DNA from: Candidatus Bathyarchaeota archaeon
GTDB lineage: Archaea > Thermoproteota > Bathyarchaeia > Hecatellales > Hecatellaceae
Length of the DNA stretch: 64,000 nucleotides
Reading direction: 5' to 3'
NCBI GenBank assembly: GCA_052246995.1
Contig: JBQPWD010000004.1
Span: 64,001-128,000 of the forward strand
This document shows, piece by piece, positions 29,306 to 39,256 of the stretch; the stretch's first letter is position 1; the number at the start of each line of letters is the position of its first letter. The position numbers and the translations under genes were made by a program. Below the pieces are notes generated by a model. That model was not told the origin of the DNA. It saw only the letters and a program-made list of their open reading frames with translations, and did no database searches.

Positions 29306-31180
29306 TTAGATTTTGCATGCTACAAAAAAGGCTTCATGTACAGCATTTATTATCCTGCGAGGTTGAACACAATCTCCAATAAAAATGCATGGGGCTTCAA
29401 CTTCAAACTCCACTTTTCTAGGCTTCATACCAACAGCAACAATCAAGGTTTCAAACTGTATTTTTGCTATCTCGCCATTAAGCTTCCCAACAATAGAGTT
29501 ACCCTCAATCTTCTCAACCTTAAAATTACAAGTCCACTTTACACCAGCTCTTCTAAGCTCTCTTAACAAGGAAAGCCTATAATTTCTCTCTGCATCTAGC
29601 AATATATCTGGTAAAACTTCAAGAATTGTCACATCTCTACCCTCTGCAACGTGGAGAGCAGTTTCACATCCAACTCTTCCACCACCCAATATTACAACCT
29701 TCTTGCCAACCTCAACCTTACCCAAAAGCACGTCAACCGCGGTTACAGCCTGCTCAACTCCAGGAATTTTAGGCTTATCCGGCTTAGAGCCTGTTGCAAC
29801 TATTACAACATCAGGTTTCATCTCTTTTAGCCTGCCTGTATCAACCTCAAAGTTTAGTCTAACCTCAACACCCAGCTTATGTACTTGTTGCTTTAACCAC
29901 TCAAGATAGTCCTTAAAGTCGGACTTAAACTTTGGCGCTGAGGCGGCAATCAAATTTCCTCCTAAATCTGATGAAGCTTCGCAAAGAATAACTTCATGCC
30001 CCCTTATTTTAGCAATCCTTGCAGCTTCCATTCCTGCAGGTCCAGCCCCAACAACCACAACCCTCTTTTTTACCTCTGCTGGCTTAACTTTAAATTCTCT
30101 TCCAATTGCCGGGTTTACTGCACATTTTACTGTCAACTGTCTTAAACTAAATATTGTATCTATACATTCATTGCAACGTAAACAAGGTCTTATATCCTCC
30201 ACCCTGCCTTCTTTAAGCTTTATAGGTATTTCCGGGTCTGCAAGAAGAGCTCTTCCAAGAGCTACCAAATCAACCCTCCCACTTTTTACCAAGTCTTCAG
30301 CCATTTTTGCTGAAATTCCTCCAATTCCTATCACTGGCAATTTTGTAGACTTTTTCACCATTTCAGCCCCTTTAAGCAAAATTCCCTTTGGAACAATCAT
30401 TGGGGTTATGGCGAGAGAGCCACTTACATGAAAACAATCTACACTTTTCTCCAGCTCCTTAGCAAATCTTACTATTTCCTCATCGCTTATACCACCATAG
30501 GAGGGAAATACTCCATCCATCCGGAAAATTATAGGAATTCCTACGCTTCTCACTGAATCCACAACTTCAACCGCAAACCTTATCCTGTTTTCAAAACTTC
30601 CACCATAACCATCAGACCTTTTATTGGTGTTGGGGGATAAAAATTGGCTAATAAGCCATCCATGGGCACCGTTTACCTCAACAAAATCGAAACCACAATC
30701 CTTCGCCCTGCCAGCTGCTTCACCAAACATCCTTACCAGCTCTTTTATTTGTTCAAGCGTTAACTCATTGGCTTCCACGGTAAAAGTATGCCTTCCATGC
30801 ATAAACATAGGATACCCCACTCGTGAGGGGGCTAAAGGAATGTTACCTGTTATCTTAGGAGTTGAACAGCCCCCTGCATGGAAAAGCTGAATTGCAACCC
30901 TAGAGCCTCTTAACTTCACGCTTTCAGCAAGCTCACTTAATAAAAAACAAAACTTGTCATCATAAATTGCTAAACCTGCCTGTAAGTCTTTTGACCTCGA
31001 ATCGACAGCCGCACCTTCTACTATTATAAGTCCAACCCCATTCTCAGCAAACATTACATAATGGTTGATGTGTTTTTGTGTAACGTATCCTTCAACTCCA
31101 GCATTTACAGCCATTGGTGGAAGTACAAGCCTATTTGGAACCTCCACTCCTCCAATTGTTATGGGTTTAAATAACTCCAT
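29306..31180 (-). CDS. NADH:flavin oxidoreductase (OYE / 2,4-dienoyl-CoA reductase type)
   Basis: PPM, AHGWLISQFLSP, CLRCNEC...CAVNP, GAGPAG, GGGRVG. Confidence 0.92.
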   Translation of the reverse strand: MELFKPITIGGVEVPNRLVLPPMAVNAGVEGYVTQKHINHYVMFAENGVGLIIVEGAAVDSRSKDLQAGLAIYDDKFCFLLSELAESVKLRGSRVAIQLFHAGGCSTPKITGNIPLAPSRVGYPMFMHGRHTFTVEANELTLEQIKELVRMFGEAAGRAKDCGFDFVEVNGAHGWLISQFLSPNTNKRSDGYGGSFENRIRFAVEVVDSVRSVGIPIIFRMDGVFPSYGGISDEEIVRFAKELEKSVDCFHVSGSLAITPMIVPKGILLKGAEMVKKSTKLPVIGIGGISAKMAEDLVKSGRVDLVALGRALLADPEIPIKLKEGRVEDIRPCLRCNECIDTIFSLRQLTVKCAVNPAIGREFKVKPAEVKKRVVVVGAGPAGMEAARIAKIRGHEVILCEASSDLGGNLIAASAPKFKSDFKDYLEWLKQQVHKLGVEVRLNFEVDTGRLKEMKPDVVIVATGSKPDKPKIPGVEQAVTAVDVLLGKVEVGKKVVILGGGRVGCETALHVAEGRDVTILEVLPDILLDAERNYRLSLLRELRRAGVKWTCNFKVEKIEGNSIVGKLNGEIAKIQFETLIVAVGMKPRKVEFEVEAPCIFIGDCVQPRRIINAVHEAFFVACKI

Positions 31181-31239
31181 AATGTTTTCACAAAAAAAAA
31201 TTGCCTGCTGAAATATTTAATAATTTTTATTTTAAAGGA

Positions 31240-31746
31240 TTACTCTGCTGGAGAAAATTCGTAGGTTAAAAGTCCTTCAGGCGTCCTTTTTACTACTGAA
31301 AGTTTAACCTTCATTTTGGGTTTAATTTTTCTTGGGTCATCAATGTTTAACCATGCTAAAACTTTAACACCTTCCTTCATCCGAGCAATACCTACAATAT
31401 AATCCTTGTAGTGTGCAAAAGTTGAGGGTTTAACTGATATCATTGTACATGTTACAAGCTCCCCTTCACCACTTAAAGGTATCCAATCCATGTCTGATGT
31501 TAAACATTTAGGGCAGTCGGCCTGTGGAGGGAAAAACTTTTCACCACATTTTTTGCACTGTGTTATGTAAACTTTACCTTCACGTAACCCATCAAAAAAC
31601 TTTTGAATCTTGTTTACACCAAACTGAAATCTTAATGGTAGTTCACGTGTACTAATATAAAGTGGAAGCTTTGTTTTAGCGTCCTCCATTAAAGGTAAAC
31701 CCTTCTCCTCAATAACTTTTTTAGCAATTTCACCTAGATTAGACAT
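31240..31746 (-). CDS. DUF35 Zn-ribbon/OB-fold thiolase partner
   Basis: CKKCG..FFPPQADCPKC followed by an OB fold; downstream of thiolase. Confidence 0.9.
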   Translation of the reverse strand: MSNLGEIAKKVIEEKGLPLMEDAKTKLPLYISTRELPLRFQFGVNKIQKFFDGLREGKVYITQCKKCGEKFFPPQADCPKCLTSDMDWIPLSGEGELVTCTMISVKPSTFAHYKDYIVGIARMKEGVKVLAWLNIDDPRKIKPKMKVKLSVVKRTPEGLLTYEFSPAE

Positions 31747-31761
31747 TTAAAAACACCTCCC

Positions 31762-32991
31762 CTACCTACGCGGTTTTTCCAATGAAAGTATGGTTACATA
31801 TGCATAATGTCCTGTCCCGCCAATGTTGTGGGCTAAGGCTCTACCATTTTTAATTGTTGCTTGAGCTTCAGGATTAGCGTATTTACCATACTCTTGACGT
31901 AGCTGCTTAGTTAAGCTGTACATCATTGAGCAACCTGTAGCACCTATAGGATGCCCTTTAGCCTTTAAACCCCCATCAATATTCACAGGAATAAGACCAC
32001 CATTGTACGTTTGCTTTTCCCTTACAAGTTTTAAGCCTTCACCTCTCCTGCAAAAACCTAAATCTTCATAAGCCATAAGCTCAGCAATTGTAAAGCAATC
32101 GTGAACACATGCAACATCAAAGTATTTAGCTGAGTTGCCATACTCTAAGCCAGCCATCTTGTAAGCCTTTTTAGCAGCTTCAACAGCAGATTCCAAACCT
32201 GAATACTCAAGTTTTAGGAGCATGTCTCTTTTACTTAGATTTGCTGTTCCAGTCGCAACACCTATACCACTTATCCATACAGGTGTATCCGTAATTTTTC
32301 TTGCAACATTTTCACTAGCTAAAATCACAGCTGCAGAACCATCAGTAAGAGGACAACAATCAAAAAGTTTTAGCGGCCATGCAACATACCTAGACTTCAT
32401 AACGGTTTCAACAGTTATTTTCTGTTTAAACTGGGCTTTAGGATTCATTGAGGCATAATAATGGTTTTTAACGGCTATCTCAGCTAAATCCTCCTCTTTA
32501 GCACCATACTTCCACATATAACCTGTCGCATGCATAGCATAATATCCAGGAAAGGTCATACCAAAACTTTCAAACTCCCAGAAGTAGTTTCCAGCTCTAC
32601 CAATAAACTCTATTTGAACGGGTGTTGGAGATTCATGCATCTTTTCAACACCCAAAGCTAAAGCAACATCAACAAAGCCGCTTGCAACAAGGTTGTATGC
32701 AACAGCAACAGCAGCACTACTTGTTGCACATGCAGCCTCAACCCTCATACTACCAGATGGTAGTGTTCCACAATATTCGGAGCAAACAACTGCAGGCAAG
32801 TTTTCAGCACTCCATCCACCAGCACAACCAGTAACTAAAAACCCAATGTCTCTAGCTGAGAGACCTGCATCCTTTAAAGCTTCGCTAACAGCCTCCCATG
32901 CAAGCTCATCAATCCTAACATCAAACCTATTACCAAAATAGCTTTGACCAACTCCCACAATAGCAACATCGCGCAAAATAAACACCCCCAA
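31762..32991 (-). CDS. Thiolase (acetyl-CoA C-acyltransferase, SCP-x-like archaeal type)
   Basis: VEAACATS, HDCFT, GHPIGATG, HNIGG. Confidence 0.92.
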   Translation of the reverse strand: MGVFILRDVAIVGVGQSYFGNRFDVRIDELAWEAVSEALKDAGLSARDIGFLVTGCAGGWSAENLPAVVCSEYCGTLPSGSMRVEAACATSSAAVAVAYNLVASGFVDVALALGVEKMHESPTPVQIEFIGRAGNYFWEFESFGMTFPGYYAMHATGYMWKYGAKEEDLAEIAVKNHYYASMNPKAQFKQKITVETVMKSRYVAWPLKLFDCCPLTDGSAAVILASENVARKITDTPVWISGIGVATGTANLSKRDMLLKLEYSGLESAVEAAKKAYKMAGLEYGNSAKYFDVACVHDCFTIAELMAYEDLGFCRRGEGLKLVREKQTYNGGLIPVNIDGGLKAKGHPIGATGCSMMYSLTKQLRQEYGKYANPEAQATIKNGRALAHNIGGTGHYAYVTILSLEKPRR

Positions 32992-33049
32992 ACAGCAAAA
33001 GAATTATACTAAAACATTCCTATAAAAGGCTTCTTATAGCTTAGAAGAT

Positions 33050-33127
33050 TGGTGGGCCGGGCAGGATTTGAACCTGCGACCACTGCCGTGTGAGGGCAGC
33101 GTCATAGCCAGGCTAGACCACCGGCCC
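33050..33127 (-). tRNA. tRNA-Val(CAC)
   Basis: Reverse complement: GGGCCGG...CTGCC-CT-CAC-AC-GGCAG...CCGGCCC-A-CCA. Confidence 0.95.
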
Positions 33128-33148
33128 AGGTTTTTAACCTAGCTATGT

Positions 33149-33787
33149 TTACAGAGGGTTGTAGGAGGCATCCCAAAACTTTAACTCGTATTCTGAGCAA
33201 GTTTTAAAATGTTTTTTTATCCTATTTAACGTTTCCTGATTTAACTTTTCTTCAGCTTCATCAACAATTCTTCTTAATTCATCAACAAGCTTCCTATATC
33301 CTTTTGATGCATACTCCTTAATCCACAACCCGTAAACACTATGTCTAGCTCCTCTACTTTTTTTAAGCTTTTCACCTATAAGCTGATATGTCCACATACA
33401 TGGTAGGGTTGATGAAGCAATTTCATAAAAACCATCTTCAAAACCAACCTTTAACAGATATTCAACGTATTCCCTACAAACATTGTTTACAGGTTTAGGT
33501 TCAACTTTAACAATAAGCCTAATTTTATCCTGCATTGCAACTTCACCTTTAACAGTTCCAACGATAAGCTCAGCAAAAAACTTGGTTAAATCCCTAGTTG
33601 GAGCTTTAGCTGAAGCGTAGGCAAAGGTTTTAAGTAAACCATCAAGATAGTAGAAGTCTTGAGAAAGATAGTATGTGAATTTTTCCAGTGGAAGAGCAGC
33701 TTCACCCATCTCCAAGATAAATTTGTGATTTAAAATTTTACTCCATAAATCCGCGTTCTCGTTTTTAAGCTTCTCAGTTAAACCCAT
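33149..33787 (-). CDS. tenA: TenA / thiaminase II family protein
   Basis: H.F, YL.QD..YL, PCMW.Y, W...Y, E..FWD. Confidence 0.88.
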   Translation of the reverse strand: MGLTEKLKNENADLWSKILNHKFILEMGEAALPLEKFTYYLSQDFYYLDGLLKTFAYASAKAPTRDLTKFFAELIVGTVKGEVAMQDKIRLIVKVEPKPVNNVCREYVEYLLKVGFEDGFYEIASSTLPCMWTYQLIGEKLKKSRGARHSVYGLWIKEYASKGYRKLVDELRRIVDEAEEKLNQETLNRIKKHFKTCSEYELKFWDASYNPL

Positions 33788-33837
33788 ATCATAAACCTCT
33801 TTAAATTTAAAATTATTAAACCTTAAAGTTTTAAGTT

Positions 33838-34104
33838 TTGGTGCTTAACTTAAAGTGTAAGGGAAGTGGTTTGAAGCAGATTAAAATCCAAGTTTTCCCT
33901 GAAAAATGTACTGGATGTTTAAGATGCCAGCTTATCTGTTCATTTGCATATGAAGGAGTTTTTAATCCTCTTAAAGCAAAGATTGTTGTAAACTGGGTTG
34001 ATGGTGAAATCAGCTTTAAAGATGAGTGCACAAACTGTGGAAGCTGTGTAGAGTACTGTGGTTATGGTGCTTTAAAGCTTGTGGAGAAGGAGGATGGTAA
34101 ATGA
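33838..34104 (+). CDS. 2x[4Fe-4S] ferredoxin subunit
   Basis: CTGCLRCQLICS and CTNCGSCVEYC; overlaps the oxidoreductase start. Confidence 0.88.
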   Translation: MVLNLKCKGSGLKQIKIQVFPEKCTGCLRCQLICSFAYEGVFNPLKAKIVVNWVDGEISFKDECTNCGSCVEYCGYGALKLVEKEDGK

Positions 34105-36041
34105 GTCAGGAGTATTATGGTTATGCTGGAAAAATTTTACATGTAAACTTAACCACAGAAAAAGTTTCTACGGAAAAGCTTAACCTAGATATAGCTAAAA
34201 AGTTTATTGGAGGTTTTGGTTTAAATCAAGTGTTAGCTTACAACTACATTAAACCTCATATACCACCACTATCACCCGAAAGCTTCATAATATTTGGTGC
34301 TGGACCACTTGTAGGCACACTCGTACCTGGAGCTGTTAAATGTGTTGTAACATACAAGGCTCCATACGAACTTTACATTTCTAACAGGATTACCAGTGGA
34401 ACTGGTGGACGTAGTTTTGGTTCAATGTTAAAGTGGGCAGGTTACGACCATCTTATCATAACGGGAAAAGCTGATAGACCTGTTTACCTAAAAATTTTTG
34501 ATGAAAATGTTGAAATTTGTGAGGCTTATGAGGTTTGGGGGAAAGATATTTTTAAAACAACAGACATTTTATGGGAAAAACATGGTAAAAGTTGTAGCGT
34601 TTTGGCTATTGGACCTGCCGCAGAAAACCTTGTAAAGTTTTCCATAGTTTTTGTTGATAAAATTTCCCATCTTGGAAGGGACTTGGGAGCTATTTTAGGT
34701 TTTAAGAAACTTAAAGCAATAGTTATTAAAGGTGAGAAGGGGATTAAGGTTGTCAATCCAAAAGGTTTCCTGGAAACTGTTAATGAAATTTCTAAAAGAA
34801 TGGTTAATGCTCCTATTAGAGAGGCATGGTTAAAATTTAAACACTTTCTAAACTGGAATAGAGATACGTACATTCATCATCATAGAGGATTCAGTATAAC
34901 AATACCTAAAGAAAGTGTTGAAAGGGTTGCAGGTCCAGAGGTTTACAGAAAATCGGTAAAAAAAGGTGTTGCATGCCCTTCATGCCTTATGGCTGATAAA
35001 GATGTTTTTAAGGATGAAAAAACTGGTCTTGTAAGCTATCATTCAACAGGCTGGGGGCCATTCCATGTTTACGGCTCAATTTTTAATGCGGAAAATTCTA
35101 GCGAAATTCTTGAGTGTAGTAACTTTGTTGATAAAAACGGTTTAGATGAATTTGAGTTCTGCAGGATTTTAGAGTATCTTATTTATCTTTACGAGGAGGG
35201 AGTTTTAAGTGAAAATGATACTGGCGGTTTAAGTTTAAAGAGAAACTGTAAAACCGTTTTAACATTGGCTGAAAAAATTGTTAAAAGAGAAGGTTTTGGG
35301 GATGTTTTAGCTGATGGTTTAGCTGAAGCTATCAGAAAAATCAACCTTTTAAAGGGTATCAAAACCGAAACGTACATTGGCTGGTATCACCCTAGCAATC
35401 CTCAAACAGTTTTGCTTTTTGATGCAAGGTTAAATTTTGGTACTGAAAGTTTTGGTCAAATTGTTAACCCTAGAGGTTGGAGTGGATTTTTAACTTCAGC
35501 AACCTATACTTTAACATCCCAAGAAACTTTAAAAAGGTATTGTAAAAGAATTGGCATGCCTGAAGAAGCTATAAATAAGATTTTTACATCACCATTCAAT
35601 GTTGGAATACTTCAAAAACATGTTGAAGATTGGCAGGCAATTGCAGCCTCCCTTGGATTGTGTAACAGAGTTCCAGTTCTTATGCACTATAACCTTGAAA
35701 ATCTAGCTCAACTCTACACGTTAACAACAGGTGTTAAGCTGAACCCTGAGGACTTAAAAACCGCTGGAGAGAGAATTTGGAATCTTTACAGAATATTAAA
35801 CATAAGGGAGGGATACTCAAAAGAAAATGAAAAACCACCAAAAATATGGTTTAAACCCTTAGAAACACACAAGGGAGAAAAAATCTACCTGATGGATTAC
35901 TTTAAAACTAAAGTGCTTGTAGAGGAGGATGTGAAAAAACTTCTAAAAGATTATTACATTGAAAGAGGGTGTGACCCTAAAACAGGTAAACTTGAAAAGG
36001 AAAAGTTAGTTAAGCTTGGGTTAGAAGAATTTTTAACGTAG
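34101..36041 (+). CDS. aor: Aldehyde:ferredoxin oxidoreductase (WOR) family tungstoenzyme
   Basis: GYAGKILHVNL, LKWAGYD, IGPAAENLV, D..GLD, REGFGD.LADG, LGLC, YY.ERG. Confidence 0.85.
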   Translation: MSQEYYGYAGKILHVNLTTEKVSTEKLNLDIAKKFIGGFGLNQVLAYNYIKPHIPPLSPESFIIFGAGPLVGTLVPGAVKCVVTYKAPYELYISNRITSGTGGRSFGSMLKWAGYDHLIITGKADRPVYLKIFDENVEICEAYEVWGKDIFKTTDILWEKHGKSCSVLAIGPAAENLVKFSIVFVDKISHLGRDLGAILGFKKLKAIVIKGEKGIKVVNPKGFLETVNEISKRMVNAPIREAWLKFKHFLNWNRDTYIHHHRGFSITIPKESVERVAGPEVYRKSVKKGVACPSCLMADKDVFKDEKTGLVSYHSTGWGPFHVYGSIFNAENSSEILECSNFVDKNGLDEFEFCRILEYLIYLYEEGVLSENDTGGLSLKRNCKTVLTLAEKIVKREGFGDVLADGLAEAIRKINLLKGIKTETYIGWYHPSNPQTVLLFDARLNFGTESFGQIVNPRGWSGFLTSATYTLTSQETLKRYCKRIGMPEEAINKIFTSPFNVGILQKHVEDWQAIAASLGLCNRVPVLMHYNLENLAQLYTLTTGVKLNPEDLKTAGERIWNLYRILNIREGYSKENEKPPKIWFKPLETHKGEKIYLMDYFKTKVLVEEDVKKLLKDYYIERGCDPKTGKLEKEKLVKLGLEEFLT

Positions 36042-36240
36042 GCTTTTACAACTAAACTAAGCAACAAAAGTATAAACCATGGTTGCTTCACGACAGTAAT
36101 CATGTAAATATCTGAGTAGTTCAACCATAAGATAGAATGTTTTACTACTCATACTACTAAATCTTACCACTTCCTAATTTTAGAGGAAAACTATTTTAAC
36201 TTTTAACAATAAAAAGAAAAAACATTGTTTAAAAATAATG

Positions 36241-38172
36241 TTAAAGTTTAATTTCGAAAACAAGTGAAAGGTCGGTTAAACTGTTTGCTTTAACTTTACT
36301 ATCTGAAATTGTGTAAAGTATGTTGTCGATGAATAGGCTTCTTTTAATTTCATAGTCAGATTTAAAGTAGTATCCACTTTTTAGTAGTTCTTGATTTTCA
36401 AGATGAGTTATTTTACCTATAATCTTAATACCATCCTCAGGAGATATGTGGAAAACATAGGCTCCCTGAAAAACGTACTCTCCATATGTCCATGGCGGAA
36501 TCTTCTCAGCATATTTTTCGGGAAATATTTTTGCTTCAAGGATCGGTATAACCATCAGATTTCTTTTCTGGTTAAACAAGAATGCATGATGATCCTGTAA
36601 AACAGGTGTTTCAGTCCCCCTATCACCTATCACAACCTTACCAACTTCTTTTGGGTTTGTAACGTCGGAAACATCAAAAAGCGATATTTTCACTCCTTGA
36701 TACCATGCAAAATCACCCTCCTCAGCTGGAACCGTTTCCTTACCTACGCCTATAAGATGGTTTTCATCGTAAGGGTGTAGGTAGTCGGAATATCCTGGGA
36801 TTTTAAGCTTACCCAAAACTTTAGGTTCGTTAGGGTTAGTTAAATCTATTGTAAATAATGGGTCAACTTTTTTAAACGTTACAATGTAGCATCTATCACC
36901 CATAAACCTTGCAGAATATATTTTCTCTCCAGGAGCTAAATCTTCAAGTTTACCAACAATTTTTAGGTTTTCAACATCTAAAACATAAACATTGTTTGAA
37001 GTTGCAGCTTGACCAAGAAATCTTGTAACGGAACCTGTTGTAGTGGCAATCCTAAAGTAGCCTTTATATTCATCCATAGAAAACTGGTTTAAAACTTTAC
37101 CTGGAACTTCTCCGCTTGCTTCACATGTAATCTTTGAACCATTAATGCTTATCCTATGAATTTCTGTTAAATCCGATCTGCCGCCCCATTTTGGCATAGC
37201 AACATAAATGTTATCCAACGAAACATATATGCAGCTTGCATAGCCGGTTAATATAGCTTTACATTCAGGCGTTTCACCATCCTTAAAAATGTTTATTGCA
37301 ACTATAACTGTGTAGCTTGATGGAACTATGGTTTCGTTTGAGTAGTAGATTTTTGTTGGAGAAATATTCTTAACAATACCGTTAACAGCTATACTTGGAT
37401 AAAACACACCAAAGTTCTCATTTAAAGGTCTAATTAACGGCTGGGATACAACAGCATAAACATAGTTTCCAATCATTCTTGAGCCGACATACCCACCATT
37501 CAAAGAAACTTTTCTAGCCAATGTAGGATTATTAATGGATGAAAGGTCGTAAACTTCAACAGAAATGCCATAAAACCAAGGTGTAGGCATAATAATTCCT
37601 TTTAAATTTTCTTGGTAAGGCTGCTCTGTTGACAAAAATTCTTCGTATTTAAGGATTACAAGCCTATCTTTGTTGATAAACAAGCCTATAGAAGTGCCAT
37701 TAACCATTATTTCTGAAACTACTCGCATCTCCCCCGGAGGGTATGCCTTAACAATGTAAACTTTATCTTTAGAAACCAGGTAAATGTATTCTCCATCAGT
37801 CTTAACAATATCTGCTTCATCAACACCAACAACCTGAATGTTGGTTGTGGAATATTCTGGAGCTTCGCTTACCACTAATGCTGATGGTGATGTTAAAGAC
37901 CTGGAAATGCTGAAAATCTTTGCACCAGTAACGCTATACACAAGACCTTCAACAAAAGTATAAACCTGTGGGGTTCTATTAGCTTCCTCTAATTTTGCTT
38001 TAACAAATTCTTCAAGCATATCATAAGACTCAAACGATTTAAGAGAACTTGCGTAAGCTTTTTCAGGAAACCAGTAGACAACTGAGAAACTTGAAATTAA
38101 AACTCCAACTACCAGCATTGCCATTAAACCAAACAATATCCACTTTCTACCCTTTACCACCCTCTTTTCCAT
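36241..38172 (-). CDS. Membrane-anchored/secreted beta-propeller domain protein
   Basis: N-terminal TM, YSTTNIQV.GVDEADIVKTDG, NQFSMDE, GELKIPG-like motif, DHHAFL. Confidence 0.88.
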   Translation of the reverse strand: MEKRVVKGRKWILFGLMAMLVVGVLISSFSVVYWFPEKAYASSLKSFESYDMLEEFVKAKLEEANRTPQVYTFVEGLVYSVTGAKIFSISRSLTSPSALVVSEAPEYSTTNIQVVGVDEADIVKTDGEYIYLVSKDKVYIVKAYPPGEMRVVSEIMVNGTSIGLFINKDRLVILKYEEFLSTEQPYQENLKGIIMPTPWFYGISVEVYDLSSINNPTLARKVSLNGGYVGSRMIGNYVYAVVSQPLIRPLNENFGVFYPSIAVNGIVKNISPTKIYYSNETIVPSSYTVIVAINIFKDGETPECKAILTGYASCIYVSLDNIYVAMPKWGGRSDLTEIHRISINGSKITCEASGEVPGKVLNQFSMDEYKGYFRIATTTGSVTRFLGQAATSNNVYVLDVENLKIVGKLEDLAPGEKIYSARFMGDRCYIVTFKKVDPLFTIDLTNPNEPKVLGKLKIPGYSDYLHPYDENHLIGVGKETVPAEEGDFAWYQGVKISLFDVSDVTNPKEVGKVVIGDRGTETPVLQDHHAFLFNQKRNLMVIPILEAKIFPEKYAEKIPPWTYGEYVFQGAYVFHISPEDGIKIIGKITHLENQELLKSGYYFKSDYEIKRSLFIDNILYTISDSKVKANSLTDLSLVFEIKL

Positions 38173-38231
38173 ACAATCACCACATAATAGTTACGTTAAG
38201 GAAGCCTATTATCCCACGCTTTAAAACATTT

Positions 38232-38250
38232 TGTTCAAGAAAACAGAACA
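38232..38250. promoter_or_regulatory. Putative operator TGTTC-N9-GAACA between divergent TATA boxes
   Basis: Inverted repeat flanked by TTTAAA at 38220-38225 and 38253-38258. Confidence 0.55.
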
Positions 38251-38291
38251 GCTTTAAACTACAAGTGAGAAAAAATATTTTTGATGTATCC

Positions 38292-38750
38292 TTGAAAGAA
38301 GAAGGTGAACTGTCAGATGCTGCAATAATTGAGTCTGAGCTTAAAGGTAAAACTTTGATTGTTTACTGGTATTTACTTAAACATGCAAAATCAACAATTG
38401 GTGTTAGAGAGGTTCAACGTAAACTTGGCTTTTCAAGTCCAAGTGTTGCAGCCTACCATTTAGATAAGCTTTATTCTCTTGGCCTTGTAGGTAAAACAGC
38501 CACAGGCGAATATTACCTAACTCAAGAGGTTAAAGTTGGAGTTTTAAAGTTGTTTACCAGGTTTGGAGGTTTCCTTATACCAAGATACTTGTTTTATTCT
38601 ATATGGTTTTCAGCCATGTTTATAACTTATCTGTTGCTTTATGGGCATACAGGTAGCATACATAACATCGCAGCCATAATTTTCGGGTTAATCGGAAACA
38701 TAATTTTATGGTTTGAAACCTTTAAGCTTTGGAGAGGGAAACCATTTTGA
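38292..38750 (+). CDS. Membrane-tethered LexA-like winged-helix regulator
   Basis: GVREVQRKLGFSSPSVAAYHLDKL wHTH followed by two TM helices; TTG start at 38292 preferred over ORF-track 38049. Confidence 0.8.
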   Translation: MKEEGELSDAAIIESELKGKTLIVYWYLLKHAKSTIGVREVQRKLGFSSPSVAAYHLDKLYSLGLVGKTATGEYYLTQEVKVGVLKLFTRFGGFLIPRYLFYSIWFSAMFITYLLLYGHTGSIHNIAAIIFGLIGNIILWFETFKLWRGKPF

Positions 38751-38769
38751 AAAATAAATCTCTGAAAAC

Positions 38770-38788
38770 TGTTCTAAACTGTAGAATA
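38770..38788. promoter_or_regulatory. Second putative operator TGTTC-N9-GAATA
   Basis: Same half-sites and spacer as 38232-38250; runs into a TATA-like ATAAATA upstream of the 38835 gene. Confidence 0.5.
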
Positions 38789-38834
38789 AATAGTAACTAC
38801 AACTAACCATAAGAATGATGGAAAGGGTTAAAAA

Positions 38835-39155
38835 ATGTTGAAAAAAACCTCATTATACGTAATTTTAGCAGCAATAATTGGAGTAGTGGTAATGATAACT
38901 CCATTAACATTTACACCTACCCAACAACCAACCTTACTCAGGCAGGAAACATCACCCCTACCAGTTAAAGAATACAAACAGGGGGTTGAGGAGGCTAAAA
39001 CAATCCCCACAGTAGAAGTTGAGGAGACAAAGCAACCCAGCATAACTTATTCAATTACAGCAATAACCTTAATTTCAGCCTTAAGCCTCCTCCCAGCATT
39101 CATAACCTCACTTTACATCAAAAAAAGGATTAAGTTAATTAAAATTAAATTTTAA
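38835..39155 (+). CDS. Small protein with N- and C-terminal TM helices and a Pro/Thr/Glu-rich loop
   Basis: Hydropathy pattern and basic C-terminal tail. Confidence 0.65.
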   Translation: MLKKTSLYVILAAIIGVVVMITPLTFTPTQQPTLLRQETSPLPVKEYKQGVEEAKTIPTVEVEETKQPSITYSITAITLISALSLLPAFITSLYIKKRIKLIKIKF

Positions 39156-39184
39156 TCTAATTAAAAAGCTGGCTCTACAAAAAA

Positions 39185-39256
39185 GGGCCGGTAGCTCAGA
39201 GGCAGAGCGACACCTTCGCAAGGTGGAGGTCGCGGGTTCAAATCCCGCCCGGTCCA
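39185..39256 (+). tRNA. tRNA-Ala(CGC)
   Basis: GGGCCGG/CCGGTCC acceptor with G3:U70; TT-CGC-AA loop. Confidence 0.92.

Noticed and set aside
36112-36151. Inverted repeat TGAGTAGT...ACTACTCA as an ncRNA or mini-element
   Set aside because: Single copy between convergent genes with no C/D boxes or target duplication; at most a terminator-like hairpin.
38049-38291. N-terminal extension of the ORF-track 233-aa regulator
   Set aside because: It overlaps the divergent beta-propeller gene and the shared promoter; the domain begins after TTG 38292.
39209-39226. A-G mismatch at the top of the tRNA-Ala anticodon stem as a sign of a pseudo-tRNA
   Set aside because: 27-43 mismatches are tolerated and the other identity elements, including G3:U70, are intact.
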